A DNA stretch of 64,000 bases from an uncultured Verrucomicrobiota bacterium (GTDB lineage Bacteria; Verrucomicrobiota; Verrucomicrobiia; Opitutales; UBA9783): the NCBI GenBank assembly GCA_902495005.1, contig CABUVL010000002.1, positions 3,865-67,864 of the forward strand, written 5' to 3'. A model generated the notes under the pieces. That model searched no databases. It had not been told where the DNA came from and saw nothing but the letters and a program-made list of their open reading frames with translations. How positions within the stretch are numbered: position 1 is the stretch's first letter; every line of letters starts with the position of its first letter. The position numbers were made by a program, and so were the translations under genes. Of this stretch, positions 19,344 through 30,103 are shown piece by piece.

Positions 19344-19637
19344 ATGACAGTAAAAATTAAACCACTTGGAGATCGTGTATTGGTTAAGATGATCGAAGAG
19401 ACTGAACAAGTAAAAGGTGGAATTATCATTCCTGATTCCGCGAAAGAAAAACCACAAGAAGCAGAGGTTATTGCTTTGGGAACAGGTAAAAAAGACAAAG
19501 ATGGAAATCTAGTGCCTTTTCAAGTTAAAGTTGGCGATCGTGTATTAATCAGCAAATACGGGGGAACTGAAGTTAAAATGGCAGATGCTAAGTTTACCCT
19601 ATTGCGTGAAGATGATATTTTAGGCGTATTAGCTTAA
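19344..19637 (+). CDS. groES: Co-chaperonin GroES
   Basis: 97 aa with [11 protein letters not shown]...[13 protein letters not shown]. Lies 28 nt after dnaK. Confidence 0.95.
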   Translation: MTVKIKPLGDRVLVKMIEETEQVKGGIIIPDSAKEKPQEAEVIALGTGKKDKDGNLVPFQVKVGDRVLISKYGGTEVKMADAKFTLLREDDILGVLA

Positions 19638-19640
19638 TAG

Positions 19641-21293
<1,653 letters not shown>

Positions 21294-21335
21294 TCTGCCT
21301 TGATTTGATATTGTGTATTATTGAATAAAAGATGT

Positions 21336-21377
21336 GAAGTAATGCAGGCAAAGGGCTTGCATTACTTCAGTATTTTT
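21336..21377 (+). terminator. Rho-independent terminator of dnaK-groESL
   Basis: Perfect 11-bp stem GAAGTAATGCA/TGCATTACTTC with an 11-nt loop, followed by AGTATTTTTC. Confidence 0.85.
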
Positions 21378-21437
21378 CAGAAAATGAACATCTTGGCCGC
21401 TTTTAAGCTCAAATTGATGGATATATTCTTTAAAAAC

Positions 21438-21466
21438 TTGCGTGTTAAAATAAAAGGAGACATGAT
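21438..21466 (+). promoter_or_regulatory. Sigma-70-like promoter candidate for mcsB-clpC
   Basis: TTGCGT, 17-nt spacer, CATGAT. This would give a ~14-nt leader containing the GTGAGG ribosome-binding site. Confidence 0.3.
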
Positions 21467-21486
21467 ACGCGCAGTTAGTGAGGTTT

Positions 21487-22572
21487 ATGCATACACAAGT
21501 TGACATCGCTGCCCTGTTGCCCACAACGAACGCAAAGGATCCCATTTTTCTCGGATCTCGTGTGCGCTTGGCGAGAAACCTCGCAAAGTATCCGTTTCCG
21601 CAGCACGCCACGCGTGAACAAAAGAGGGAAATATTTCGTCTGTGCGCGGATGCAATTATGCACCTCGATACGGAAGGGACTTCCGTTTGTTTGCGCTTTG
21701 AAGATCTCGATGAAGTCGAGTGCCTCGCGTTGATGGAATCTCACCAGGTGAGTGTAGATTTAATTAAGAACAAAGAAGAGGCGGGGGTGATCGTTAACAA
21801 AAAGCGTCATTATGCTTTTATGCTCAATGAGGAAGATCATCTGCGCTTACAAATCTTGGGGGGTGAAAACTTTAAAACCTTGTGGCGACAATTGGACCGG
21901 ATCGATTCACTCCTTGAGGAGAATTTAGAGTATGCGTTTCAACCGCGCTTGGGGTATTTGACCGCATGCCCTTCCAATTTAGGAACGGGGATGCGTGTGT
22001 CGGCGATGTTGCACTTACCTGCGCTTGTGTTGAATAATCAACACGTGCAAGTCTGTCGTGCTTTGATGGAGATGGGAATGGTATTACGTGGTGTTTACGG
22101 GGAGCAATCGAAAGCGGTTGGCCACATTTTTCAAATTTCTAATCAAACGAGTTTGGGGTCAAGTGAGGCTGAATTACTTGATTCGGTGGAAAAGACGGTT
22201 TATTCTTTAATTCAAAAGGAGAAGGAATCGCGGGAACAATTGTTGAGCAACAGCGCTCGCAAAATTTGTGATCTTATAGGACGGGCTTGGGGAATCTTAC
22301 GTTCGTGCATTGAAATCAATGCGGAAGAGGCGAGTAATTTGTTGTCGGTGATCATACTGGCATTGGACCTTGGTTTTATTCAGGCCTCGGAGCGTCGAAA
22401 TTTGTACGTGTTAAGGCAACGGATACAACCGGCCCACCTTCAATTATTTTTAAAGAAAAGACTGAGTGTAGAAGCATTAAGCTATGAAAGGGCAAAGCTT
22501 TTGCGCGCTTATTTTTCAAAATCTTCGGAACCTAATTTTAAAATACAAGGAAAGGAGCTGAGGCATGTTTAA
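21487..22572 (+). CDS. mcsB: Protein arginine kinase McsB (ATP:guanido phosphotransferase)
   Basis: SRVRLARNLAKYPFP N-terminal motif and the phosphagen-kinase core (CPSNLGTGMRVS). ATG 21487, with a GAGG ribosome-binding site, is preferred over GTG 21478. Confidence 0.85.
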   Translation: MHTQVDIAALLPTTNAKDPIFLGSRVRLARNLAKYPFPQHATREQKREIFRLCADAIMHLDTEGTSVCLRFEDLDEVECLALMESHQVSVDLIKNKEEAGVIVNKKRHYAFMLNEEDHLRLQILGGENFKTLWRQLDRIDSLLEENLEYAFQPRLGYLTACPSNLGTGMRVSAMLHLPALVLNNQHVQVCRALMEMGMVLRGVYGEQSKAVGHIFQISNQTSLGSSEAELLDSVEKTVYSLIQKEKESREQLLSNSARKICDLIGRAWGILRSCIEINAEEASNLLSVIILALDLGFIQASERRNLYVLRQRIQPAHLQLFLKKRLSVEALSYERAKLLRAYFSKSSEPNFKIQGKELRHV

Positions 22573-25111
22573 TAATTTGACGCCACGCGCCCAACAAGTA
22601 TTGGCGTTGGCAAAAAGGGTCGCCTTACGTTTACATCAAAATTATTTGGGGACAGAGCACCTGCTCTTGGGATTGTTGGAGCTCAAGCAAAGTATTGCCG
22701 TGCGTGTGCTACAACGCATGGGCTTGGATATTGAAACGGTGCACGATGCTTTACAAAAGCACATCGTAATTAACAAGGCCGTAGAGGGTGAGGTTGTGAG
22801 TGATGCCAATCCTGCCGGAGACACGGATGACATCCCATTGACGCCGCGCGCGCGGGAGGTCTTAAGCTTGGCCGGAAAAGTTGCGCGGGAATTAAATCAC
22901 CCGTACATTGGTACGGAACATCTGTTGCTGGGCCTCTTGGAAGAGGGCGATGGCCTCGGGGCGAAAATTTTAAAGACCCTGGATATTGATCCTGAAGAGT
23001 GCCGTAAGGAAATTTTGTCTGAATTGGCGCCGGATGTGGGGGACGATGGCGAAGATGACGCGTTGGATGAAGATGAAGAGGATATTTTTGGACAAAGTCC
23101 ACGAAAGCTGAAGGAAAAGTCAGCTGCATTGAAAAATTTTGGCGTTGATTTAACGGCCGAAGCGCGTGAAGGCCGCTTGGATCCCGTCGTTGGACGCAAC
23201 AAAGAAATTAATCATGTCATTCAGATTTTATGCCGACGTACCAAGCACAATGCCGTCCTAATCGGCGAGGCGGGCGTGGGTAAAACGGCCATAGTGGAGG
23301 GCTTGGCTCAGCGGATTGTTAAGGGAGATGTCCCTGAAAATTTGCTCGATAAGCGTATTTTTATTTTAGACTTAGCGTTGATGTTGTCGGGAACCAAGTA
23401 TCGGGGCCAATTTGAAGAGCGCTTAAAGGGGGTCATGCAAGAAGTCAAGGAGAGCAAAAATACAATTCTCTTCTTGGATGAATTGCACACCGTTGTAGGC
23501 GCGGGTGCTTCAGAGGGCTCGATGGACGCTTCTAACATACTTAAGCCCTCGTTGGCGCGCGGTGAAATCCAGTGCATTGGTGCAACAACCTTAGACGAAT
23601 ACCGACAATTTATTGAGACGGATAAGGCGTTAAACCGTCGTTTCCAATCGGTATTGGTGGAGCCGTCCTCCCCGCAGGATACCATTAGCATCCTGCACGA
23701 ATTGAAACCGTGCTATGAGGAGTTCCACAAAGTTCGTTTGTCGGATGAGGTGATTGAAAAGGCTGTTTATTTGGCAGATCGGTATATTTCAGATCGCTAC
23801 TTTCCCGATAAGGCCATTGATTTAATTGATGAAGCGGGGGCACGGGCGCACATGCAATTGTCGAGAAAGCCTTTGTCCACGGTGGATGTGGATCAGCACA
23901 TCCGTGAGGTGGTAAGTAAAAAATCTGCGGCCATCAACTTACAAAAATTTGAAGAGGCCGCTCATTGGCGTGACGAAGAACAATCGTTGAGGCAAGTCAA
24001 ACTCGCCCGGATGGAGGCTTGGAAACAAGCGTGCCGTTCGCAGGTGGTAGATGTAAAAGAGAACCTCTTGCATAAAATTATTTTTGATTGGAGCGGCATT
24101 CCCTTGGAGTGGATGGGTACGAAGGAAATCAAACGTTACGTCAATTTAAATAAGACGTTGAGCTCGAAAGTCATTGGGCAAAAAGAGGCCGTCAATGTAG
24201 TTTGCAAGGCTTTGAAACGCTCGCGTACCGATATAAGAGATCCGCGACGCCCCATCGGCTCATTTTTATTTTTAGGACCCACGGGTGTTGGAAAGACGCA
24301 TTTGGCAAAGGTCTTGGCGGAAGAGGTCTTCGGTAGCAGAGATGCGCTTATTCAGATTGATATGTCCGAATACATGGAGAAGCATACGGTTGCTCGCCTT
24401 ATTGGATCCCCTCCGGGCTATGTGGGCTATGAAGATGGTGGTCAACTGACGGATGCCGTTCGACGTAAGCCGTATTCGATTATTTTGTTCGACGAGGTTG
24501 AAAAGGCGCATGCGGATGTTTTGCACATTTTGTTGCAAGTACTGGAAGAAGGTCGTTTGACCGACAGCATGGGACGTACGGTTGATTTTAAAAATACAAT
24601 TTTGGTGATGACTTCCAACGTGGGGGCAGAATCGTTGCAACATACGGTTGGCTTGGGCTTTGGCGTTCCTTCCGGCGGTCTGGCATTCGAGCAATTAAAA
24701 AGTAAGGTGCAAGAGGCGAGTAAGTCGGTATTTAAGCCAGAATTCCTGAACCGGATTGACGACATTGTCGTGTTCCATCCGTTGGAACGCGAGCAACTGC
24801 AGGAGATTGTAGACATTGAACTCAAAAAAGTGGCCGATCGTTTGAGCGCTAAAAAGATAGGCCTGTTTATCTCTGCGGATGCCAAGCAATTCTTGGTGGA
24901 TAAGGGATTTGACGAAAAGTATGGAGCCCGTCCTTTACGACGCACCATTGAACATTACGTTGAGGATGCGGTCGTCGATGCCCTACTCAAATATAAATTA
25001 AGTGAGGGGCAAAAAATTGTATTTGATGTCGACGTGAAGTTGGATCAATTAAAATTTATTGTGACAAAGGCAAAAAAGCTTGTATGCAAGCCTAAAAATA
25101 CTACTATATAA
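22565..25111 (+). CDS. clpC: ClpC-type AAA+ unfoldase
   Basis: 848 aa. Two Clp_N repeats, two Walker A sites (GEAGVGKT, GPTGVGKT), ClpB/ClpC D2-small domain. 8-nt overlap with mcsB. Confidence 0.9.
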   Translation: MFNNLTPRAQQVLALAKRVALRLHQNYLGTEHLLLGLLELKQSIAVRVLQRMGLDIETVHDALQKHIVINKAVEGEVVSDANPAGDTDDIPLTPRAREVLSLAGKVARELNHPYIGTEHLLLGLLEEGDGLGAKILKTLDIDPEECRKEILSELAPDVGDDGEDDALDEDEEDIFGQSPRKLKEKSAALKNFGVDLTAEAREGRLDPVVGRNKEINHVIQILCRRTKHNAVLIGEAGVGKTAIVEGLAQRIVKGDVPENLLDKRIFILDLALMLSGTKYRGQFEERLKGVMQEVKESKNTILFLDELHTVVGAGASEGSMDASNILKPSLARGEIQCIGATTLDEYRQFIETDKALNRRFQSVLVEPSSPQDTISILHELKPCYEEFHKVRLSDEVIEKAVYLADRYISDRYFPDKAIDLIDEAGARAHMQLSRKPLSTVDVDQHIREVVSKKSAAINLQKFEEAAHWRDEEQSLRQVKLARMEAWKQACRSQVVDVKENLLHKIIFDWSGIPLEWMGTKEIKRYVNLNKTLSSKVIGQKEAVNVVCKALKRSRTDIRDPRRPIGSFLFLGPTGVGKTHLAKVLAEEVFGSRDALIQIDMSEYMEKHTVARLIGSPPGYVGYEDGGQLTDAVRRKPYSIILFDEVEKAHADVLHILLQVLEEGRLTDSMGRTVDFKNTILVMTSNVGAESLQHTVGLGFGVPSGGLAFEQLKSKVQEASKSVFKPEFLNRIDDIVVFHPLEREQLQEIVDIELKKVADRLSAKKIGLFISADAKQFLVDKGFDEKYGARPLRRTIEHYVEDAVVDALLKYKLSEGQKIVFDVDVKLDQLKFIVTKAKKLVCKPKNTTI

Positions 25112-25116
25112 ATAAT

Positions 25117-25584
25117 ATGATGCTAGATGCTCGTGAACAAGTTAATCATTGGTTGGCAGAAATAAGTGCCCAATGCGGTAAGTTGTTCCGTTTAAATACA
25201 GAGGGTGTTTTTGTCTCAAAGGATACTGAAGGGCAAGAATTTGTTGTAGAAGTCCCGCAAGCAACGCGACAAGTTTACTTTTGTGCGCCTATCGCTGAGC
25301 TGCCCGAGCAAGGTAAAACGGCGTGTTTAGAGCGTTTGTTACAATGGAACTTGTACGGCTTGCATACGCAATATTGTACATTGGGTCTGGAGAAGAATAC
25401 AAATCGCATCATTATGCATTACTCCATTGATATTAGTTATCTAAACAGCCAAACTTTTTTAAATGTTTTTAATAATTTTATCGATCGAGTCCGTCGTATT
25501 AAGGAAGATTGGAAGTCTTTTTTACAAAATTTAGCCCTTGGAGAAGCTGCGAATACGATAGACGGCAATATGCTTCGTATTTAG
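25117..25584 (+). CDS. CesT/Slc1-type class I type III secretion chaperone
   Basis: 155 aa. The layout LNTEGVFV...FVVEVPQATRQVYFCAPIAELPEQGKTACLERLLQWNL...IIMHYSIDISYLNSQTFLNVFNNFIDRVRRIKEDW matches the CesT-family fold pattern. Lies 5 nt after clpC and 3 nt before cysS. Confidence 0.7.
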   Translation: MMLDAREQVNHWLAEISAQCGKLFRLNTEGVFVSKDTEGQEFVVEVPQATRQVYFCAPIAELPEQGKTACLERLLQWNLYGLHTQYCTLGLEKNTNRIIMHYSIDISYLNSQTFLNVFNNFIDRVRRIKEDWKSFLQNLALGEAANTIDGNMLRI

Positions 25585-25587
25585 TTT

Positions 25588-27018
25588 ATGCAACTGCATT
25601 TGTACGACACATTGACGCGCACCATCAAGGTGCTCGCAAAGAGAGAAGGGGCCCCTTTCGGCATCTATTGTTGTGGTCCGACCGTTTATGGGCCCGCCCA
25701 TATAGGTAATTTTAGAACGTACGTTGTTCAAGATGTGGTCTTGCGCGTTTTAAGAGTGTTGGGCATGGAAACGCGTTATGTCCGAAATCTGACCGATGTC
25801 GACGATAAAACAATTCGCGGTGCCCAGACGGACAAGCAATCATTGTCGGAGTTTACCTCCAAGTGGATTCGACAATTTGAAGCGGATTGCCAGCATTTGA
25901 ATTTACTTGCACCGGACGTAGAACCGCGGGCTACGGAAACCATACAGGCGCAACAAGACCTCATACGTACGCTTGTTAAAGGTGAGCATGCTTACGTGTC
26001 AAAGGGCTCTGTCTATTTTCGCATCGCATCTTTTAAGAATTATGGACGCTTGTCGCGCTTAGATCAACGTCAGTGCCAGACACAGGCCACCAACAGTGCA
26101 GGATTGTTAAATGACGCCGACGAGTATGAACGTGAATGTGTTGGCGACTTTGTCCTGTGGAAGGCGAGAAAGCCTGAAGATGGAGAAGTTTTTTGGGAAA
26201 GCCCGTGGGGCCAAGGACGTCCTGGATGGCACATTGAGTGCAGTGCTATGTCGCGCTTGTACTTGGGGGATACGGTTGATTTACACTCTGGGGGCGTTGA
26301 TTTATGCTTTCCTCATCACGAAAATGAAATTGCACAATCGGAGGCGGCCTACGGAGGAACTTTTGCGCGCCATTGGTTGCACATCGCCCACTTGCAAGTG
26401 GAGGGACAGAAAATGTCCAAGCGGCTCGGGAACTTGCACACGATTGACTCCTTGTTGCAAAAAAATTACACGCGAGAGGCCATTCGTTACGCCTTGATGT
26501 CCGGCCATTACAGACAACCTTTGAATTTTACGTTTGCTTTGCTCAATGCGGCGCAATGCGCTTTACAGAAGTTTTACAATTTTCTGACGCATTTGTTGTC
26601 AAGGGCCCAACTGAACGCAAAAGAATTTGAAACTCGGTTTTTGACGCGTCCGCGTGTAGGAGAGTGCCTCTATTTAAACGATTTTTTTGAAGCACTGTGT
26701 GACGATTTGAATGTGCCAAAGGCCTTAGGCACGTTATTTACCTTGATAAATACGTGTGAAGTTGACTCGGTAAATCTCGAAAAGATGTTACAAGAGCTTG
26801 GCTGTGCCATGTACGCATTGGGATTGCCGTCAAGCTTTTCTTTGGAAAATTGCGTGATCCCGTTGCCCGTGCGTCGTATGGCGGAACAACGTTGGCAATC
26901 CAAGCAGGCGCGTAATTTTAAGGAGGCCGATGAAATAAGGAGCATCTTGTGGAATGAAGGCTGGCAAGTTTTGGACGATAAAACTGGGTACAAAATATTG
27001 CCACGCTCAAAATCTTAG
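25588..27018 (+). CDS. cysS: Cysteinyl-tRNA synthetase
   Basis: 476 aa with the HIGN (HIGH-type) motif and KMSKRLGN (KMSKS) motif. Confidence 0.95.
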   Translation: MQLHLYDTLTRTIKVLAKREGAPFGIYCCGPTVYGPAHIGNFRTYVVQDVVLRVLRVLGMETRYVRNLTDVDDKTIRGAQTDKQSLSEFTSKWIRQFEADCQHLNLLAPDVEPRATETIQAQQDLIRTLVKGEHAYVSKGSVYFRIASFKNYGRLSRLDQRQCQTQATNSAGLLNDADEYERECVGDFVLWKARKPEDGEVFWESPWGQGRPGWHIECSAMSRLYLGDTVDLHSGGVDLCFPHHENEIAQSEAAYGGTFARHWLHIAHLQVEGQKMSKRLGNLHTIDSLLQKNYTREAIRYALMSGHYRQPLNFTFALLNAAQCALQKFYNFLTHLLSRAQLNAKEFETRFLTRPRVGECLYLNDFFEALCDDLNVPKALGTLFTLINTCEVDSVNLEKMLQELGCAMYALGLPSSFSLENCVIPLPVRRMAEQRWQSKQARNFKEADEIRSILWNEGWQVLDDKTGYKILPRSKS

Positions 27019-27376
27019 TGGCAGGGGGCCCGACAAGAATTTCGTTTACAGGCTTAATGCTTTTTGCTGCCACTCGCCCGTGGGCTTTTAAGGAACGAGA
27101 TGTTGTTTGCTTTTCACACTTCAATAAGTGGCCTAGATGTGTTGCACGAGCTTCTGTTAGGCATTGTAGCCTGAGTTTTCCTAGGTGAACTTAACTAAAT
27201 TCACGCAACAATCTTATGCAGAAAGGCAAACGTACATTGAACTCCTCTAGAAATGTTACGTAATGGCCGTGTGCCTAAGCGGCAAAAGTTTTTTGAATGG
27301 GGGGAATCGGTTTGTAAGCGGAATAATGGATACCAATGCCTAGACAAATACGGCTGAGATTCTTTTCAGAGATTGT

Positions 27377-27640
27377 TTATTGCCCATCCTCTTCTTGCTT
27401 TTGCAACTCTTGAAGCTGTTGTTGTGTCGCGTTGCGCATTGAACTAATCATTTGTTGGAATAAGAATTCATTACTCGTGCGCCTCATTTGTTCATCCTTT
27501 TCAGCACGAGTGCCTGAAGAGCTGTCTGTCGCCTGAAGCGCTTCGGGCATTTGGTCAGACGTTTCAAAATTGTTTTCATCGACCGAGGCCGATGTAATTG
27601 ATGGAGTAACAGAGGAAATTGAATTGATATTGCTTGCCAT
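27377..27640 (-). CDS. Small acidic hypothetical protein with a Rod-binding-like motif
   Basis: 87 aa. Ser/Thr-rich N-terminus. C-terminal EFLFQQMISSMRNA resembles the FlgJ N-terminal Rod-binding motif (LF.QQML.SMR.A). Confidence 0.4.
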   Translation of the reverse strand: MASNINSISSVTPSITSASVDENNFETSDQMPEALQATDSSSGTRAEKDEQMRRTSNEFLFQQMISSMRNATQQQLQELQKQEEDGQ

Positions 27641-27685
27641 AGTTTTATTCTAGTTTAGTGTGGAAAACCGAGCAATATAAAAATT

Positions 27686-28345
27686 ATGCTGGCGAGGGAT
27701 TTTTTTTTACAAGTCACGGAGGATTGGCCATTTGCAAATATTTTGACCTTGGATGTTGAGCCTTGGGAGTGGCTCAAGCGCCTGCCGGATGCGCTCGACA
27801 ACTTTTTTCAGCATTGTCCAAGCGAGGAGCGATTGCAGGTTGAGGTTCCGCCCAATCTTTGTATCCGTGGTGATGTTTTTATCGGTAAAAATGTCGAATT
27901 GCCGCCCTATGGCTTTATTCAAGGTCCTGCCTACATCGGGGAAGGCAGTGTATTGCGCCCCAGTGTTTATGTGCGTGGTAACGTAATCGTTGGGCCTCAT
28001 TGCGTCTTAGGTAATTCTTGTGAATTTAAACAGGCGATTTTGTTGGATCACGTGCAAGCACCTCATTTTAATTATGTAGGAGATTCGGTCTTGGGTTCCT
28101 ACGCACATTTGGGGGCAGGCGTGATCTTGTCCAATGTGCGTTTTGATAAAAAAAATGTGCGCGTTCACGGGCCTCATGGACAGGTTTATGAAACAGGCCT
28201 GAGAAAATTGGGGGCCATTCTGGGGGATTATGCGGAAATGGGTTGCAATGCGGTTGCGCAACCGGGAACTTGTTTATTCCCTCATTGTAAGGTCTATCCT
28301 GTGAATTCGGTGCATGGGACACATGAGCGAGACGAAGCTCAATAG
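27686..28345 (+). CDS. Hexapeptide-repeat (left-handed beta-helix) transferase, GlmU C-terminal-like
   Basis: 219 aa with repeated [LIV]-G-x4 hexapeptides (IGEGSVLRPSVYVRGNVIVGPHCVLGNSCEF...). Confidence 0.6.
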   Translation: MLARDFFLQVTEDWPFANILTLDVEPWEWLKRLPDALDNFFQHCPSEERLQVEVPPNLCIRGDVFIGKNVELPPYGFIQGPAYIGEGSVLRPSVYVRGNVIVGPHCVLGNSCEFKQAILLDHVQAPHFNYVGDSVLGSYAHLGAGVILSNVRFDKKNVRVHGPHGQVYETGLRKLGAILGDYAEMGCNAVAQPGTCLFPHCKVYPVNSVHGTHERDEAQ

Positions 28346-28423
28346 CTGAGCGCGCTAGCTTGTATCTGATCTGGTGGGGCATGTCATTAGTCTGATTGGG
28401 TATCCCACTGATGAGACGGATGC

Positions 28424-28446
28424 GTTTATGATTTATTGATGTTTAG
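28424..28446 (+). repeat. Copy of the TTTAT..TTATTGATG intergenic box
   Basis: gtttatgatttattgatgtttag. Compare 7835-7852 (tttgatgtcgtttagagt) and 42227-42254. Confidence 0.3.
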
Positions 28447-28669
28447 TTAAATGGATTGGCTTAAGGGAGGATATTGTAGAGGTCGTAAAGGGCCGTCGAA
28501 GCAGGGTGTACATTTTGAAAGGTGCTCAGGCTTTTGCATGCATCTCATCTTGGGTTGTTTGAAAAGCAGATTTTTAGACCCCGCTCGGCCTGCTTGGGCA
28601 TGTTATTTTAAAACAATAAATAATTTTTCGTGCTAAGGAGGCGATTGCCTCTGTTTACTATGGAAGACA

Positions 28670-28751
28670 GTCACATTTTTTTCTTGCATTCAAGCAAATT
28701 GGCAGCCACAATTTCTTAAAAATGAGCCATCATTTTTATGTTATTGATGCC
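28670..28751 (+). repeat. Partial third copy (unit C) of the promoter-like box plus ATTGATG box
   Basis: gtcacatttttttcttgca is 18/19 identical to 42157-42175. TTGCAT-17 nt-CACAAT. It ends in tttttatgttattgatgcc. I could not find a convincing terminator hairpin. Confidence 0.4.
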
Positions 28752-29134
28752 CGTTCTTTCGTTTTGAGGGGATCGAATGATCAAAAAGTGAAGGGGTTGT
28801 TTTGGATTCTTTTTGCCTACAGCTGGAATATCTGTTTAATTTTTCTTCAGCTTATTAAAGAGAAATTAAATTAGTAAGCTTGTGTAAAAGAGGATGTCCT
28901 TGAGCCAACCGAGGGGCCTTGTGGAAAGAGCGGCTTGGAGGTAAACTTATAGGGGAAGGTTTTATGCCGCGTGTGGCGTTGTTTGTTCTTTGATGTTTAT
29001 TGGCTTGTGTATGATGTTCAAACTAGGGTGGGGCACTATAATTTTGAAGTGCTTGATGGGGTTGAATTGAAGTGTTTTGACGGTGTTGAGTCGTATGAAA
29101 GCTAAGCATCATTGAAAGGATGCTAAATTTAAAC

Positions 29135-29211
29135 GGGGGGTTAGCTCAGTTGGTTAGAGCACTAGCATGACACGCTAGGGGTCGCTGGTTCGAATCCAGT
29201 ACCTCCCACCA
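29135..29211 (+). tRNA. tRNA-Val (GAC)
   Basis: Acceptor GGGGGGT/ACCTCCC, D-arm AGCTCAGTTGGTTAGAGC, anticodon stem CTAGC/GCTAG with loop ATGACAC, T-loop GGTTCGAATCC, encoded CCA. Confidence 0.9.
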
Positions 29212-29218
29212 TTTTTTC

Positions 29219-30103
29219 ATGTTTGGTAGGTGTATTTTATATATTTGTGGTATTTACGCAATTGTAATGGGCATAGCGGCATGCTTAAGTCCATTGGGAT
29301 ACATCGTTGTACAAGCGCTCAATCAATATCTTCCCTGTGAATTACTAACTTACCTCGCGAATAAGCCTTTTGGGCAGTATTTTGATCGATTTCGTTTGTT
29401 GGGAATCCTTTGTGTGATTCCTTTGAGTTTACGCTTTTTTAAAATTACCTGGCATGAGTTGCGTTGTCAATTCAGCCGCGAGACGTGTAAAATCGGGTTA
29501 CAATTTTTTATCGGTGGCTTGTGTCTGTGGGGCATGAGCGCGTGTCTGTTGTATGTACAGCCAGCTGTACAATTGAGTCAGAGAGAAGTTTGCCCTTCAT
29601 TACTTATGGCGTTGTGCAGTTCACTGGTAGCCAGCTTGACGATTGCATTTTTGGAAGAGATAACTTTTAGGGGATTGCTGTTCCGTATCGTGCGTAAGGT
29701 GACGGGCTCCAAGTTTTGTGGGGTGCACCTCGTTTCTTTCATCTTCGCGTGTTTGCATTTTTCTCATATTACAGAGCCGGAGGAGGGCCCATTATTTTGG
29801 CAAGGCTTGCAGTGCGCTTTTCATTCCACCTTGGGAATTTTTTATCAAATAAGATGGGCGTACTTCTGTATTTTGTACGTTTTAAGTTACTTATTATGCT
29901 TGTGTGTGTTGAGCAAAAAGACGCTCTTGAGTTCCATCGGCTTGCACGGCGGATTGGTGTGCGCCATTATGTGCTTTCGGCGATATTATGTGGCCATCGG
30001 AAGTTCTCATGAATTTATGAATGTGACAGACGCCTGGAGCACCTTTTTTCTTTTGCTTATCATAGCGATATGTGCTCGATGGAAGTGTAAGGCAGTCATA
30101 TAA
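29219..30103 (+). CDS. CPBP-family (CAAX/Abi) intramembrane glutamic protease
   Basis: Polytopic, with EEITFRGLLF (EExxxR) and FIFACLHF (FxxxH) motifs. Confidence 0.75.
   Translation: MFGRCILYICGIYAIVMGIAACLSPLGYIVVQALNQYLPCELLTYLANKPFGQYFDRFRLLGILCVIPLSLRFFKITWHELRCQFSRETCKIGLQFFIGGLCLWGMSACLLYVQPAVQLSQREVCPSLLMALCSSLVASLTIAFLEEITFRGLLFRIVRKVTGSKFCGVHLVSFIFACLHFSHITEPEEGPLFWQGLQCAFHSTLGIFYQIRWAYFCILYVLSYLLCLCVLSKKTLLSSIGLHGGLVCAIMCFRRYYVAIGSSHEFMNVTDAWSTFFLLLIIAICARWKCKAVI

Noticed and set aside
28451-28636. Short ORFs inside the long spacers (28451..28636, 2192..2383, 8043..8231, 45098..45304, 60298..60510, 60366..60593, 49246..49566, 49373..49702).
   Set aside because: They have no ribosome-binding site and unusual Cys/Arg/Trp-rich or low-complexity translations. 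Some overlap one another in different frames, and no family was recognised. They are more likely chance ORFs in non-coding DNA.
29135-29211. tRNA-Val (and tRNA-Pro at 9972-10049) as integration sites marking genomic-island borders for the T3SS and pil blocks.
   Set aside because: I found no integrase, excisionase or direct repeat of the tRNA 3-prime end downstream. The genes immediately after the tRNAs are ordinary membrane or lipid genes. This remains only a compositional suspicion.
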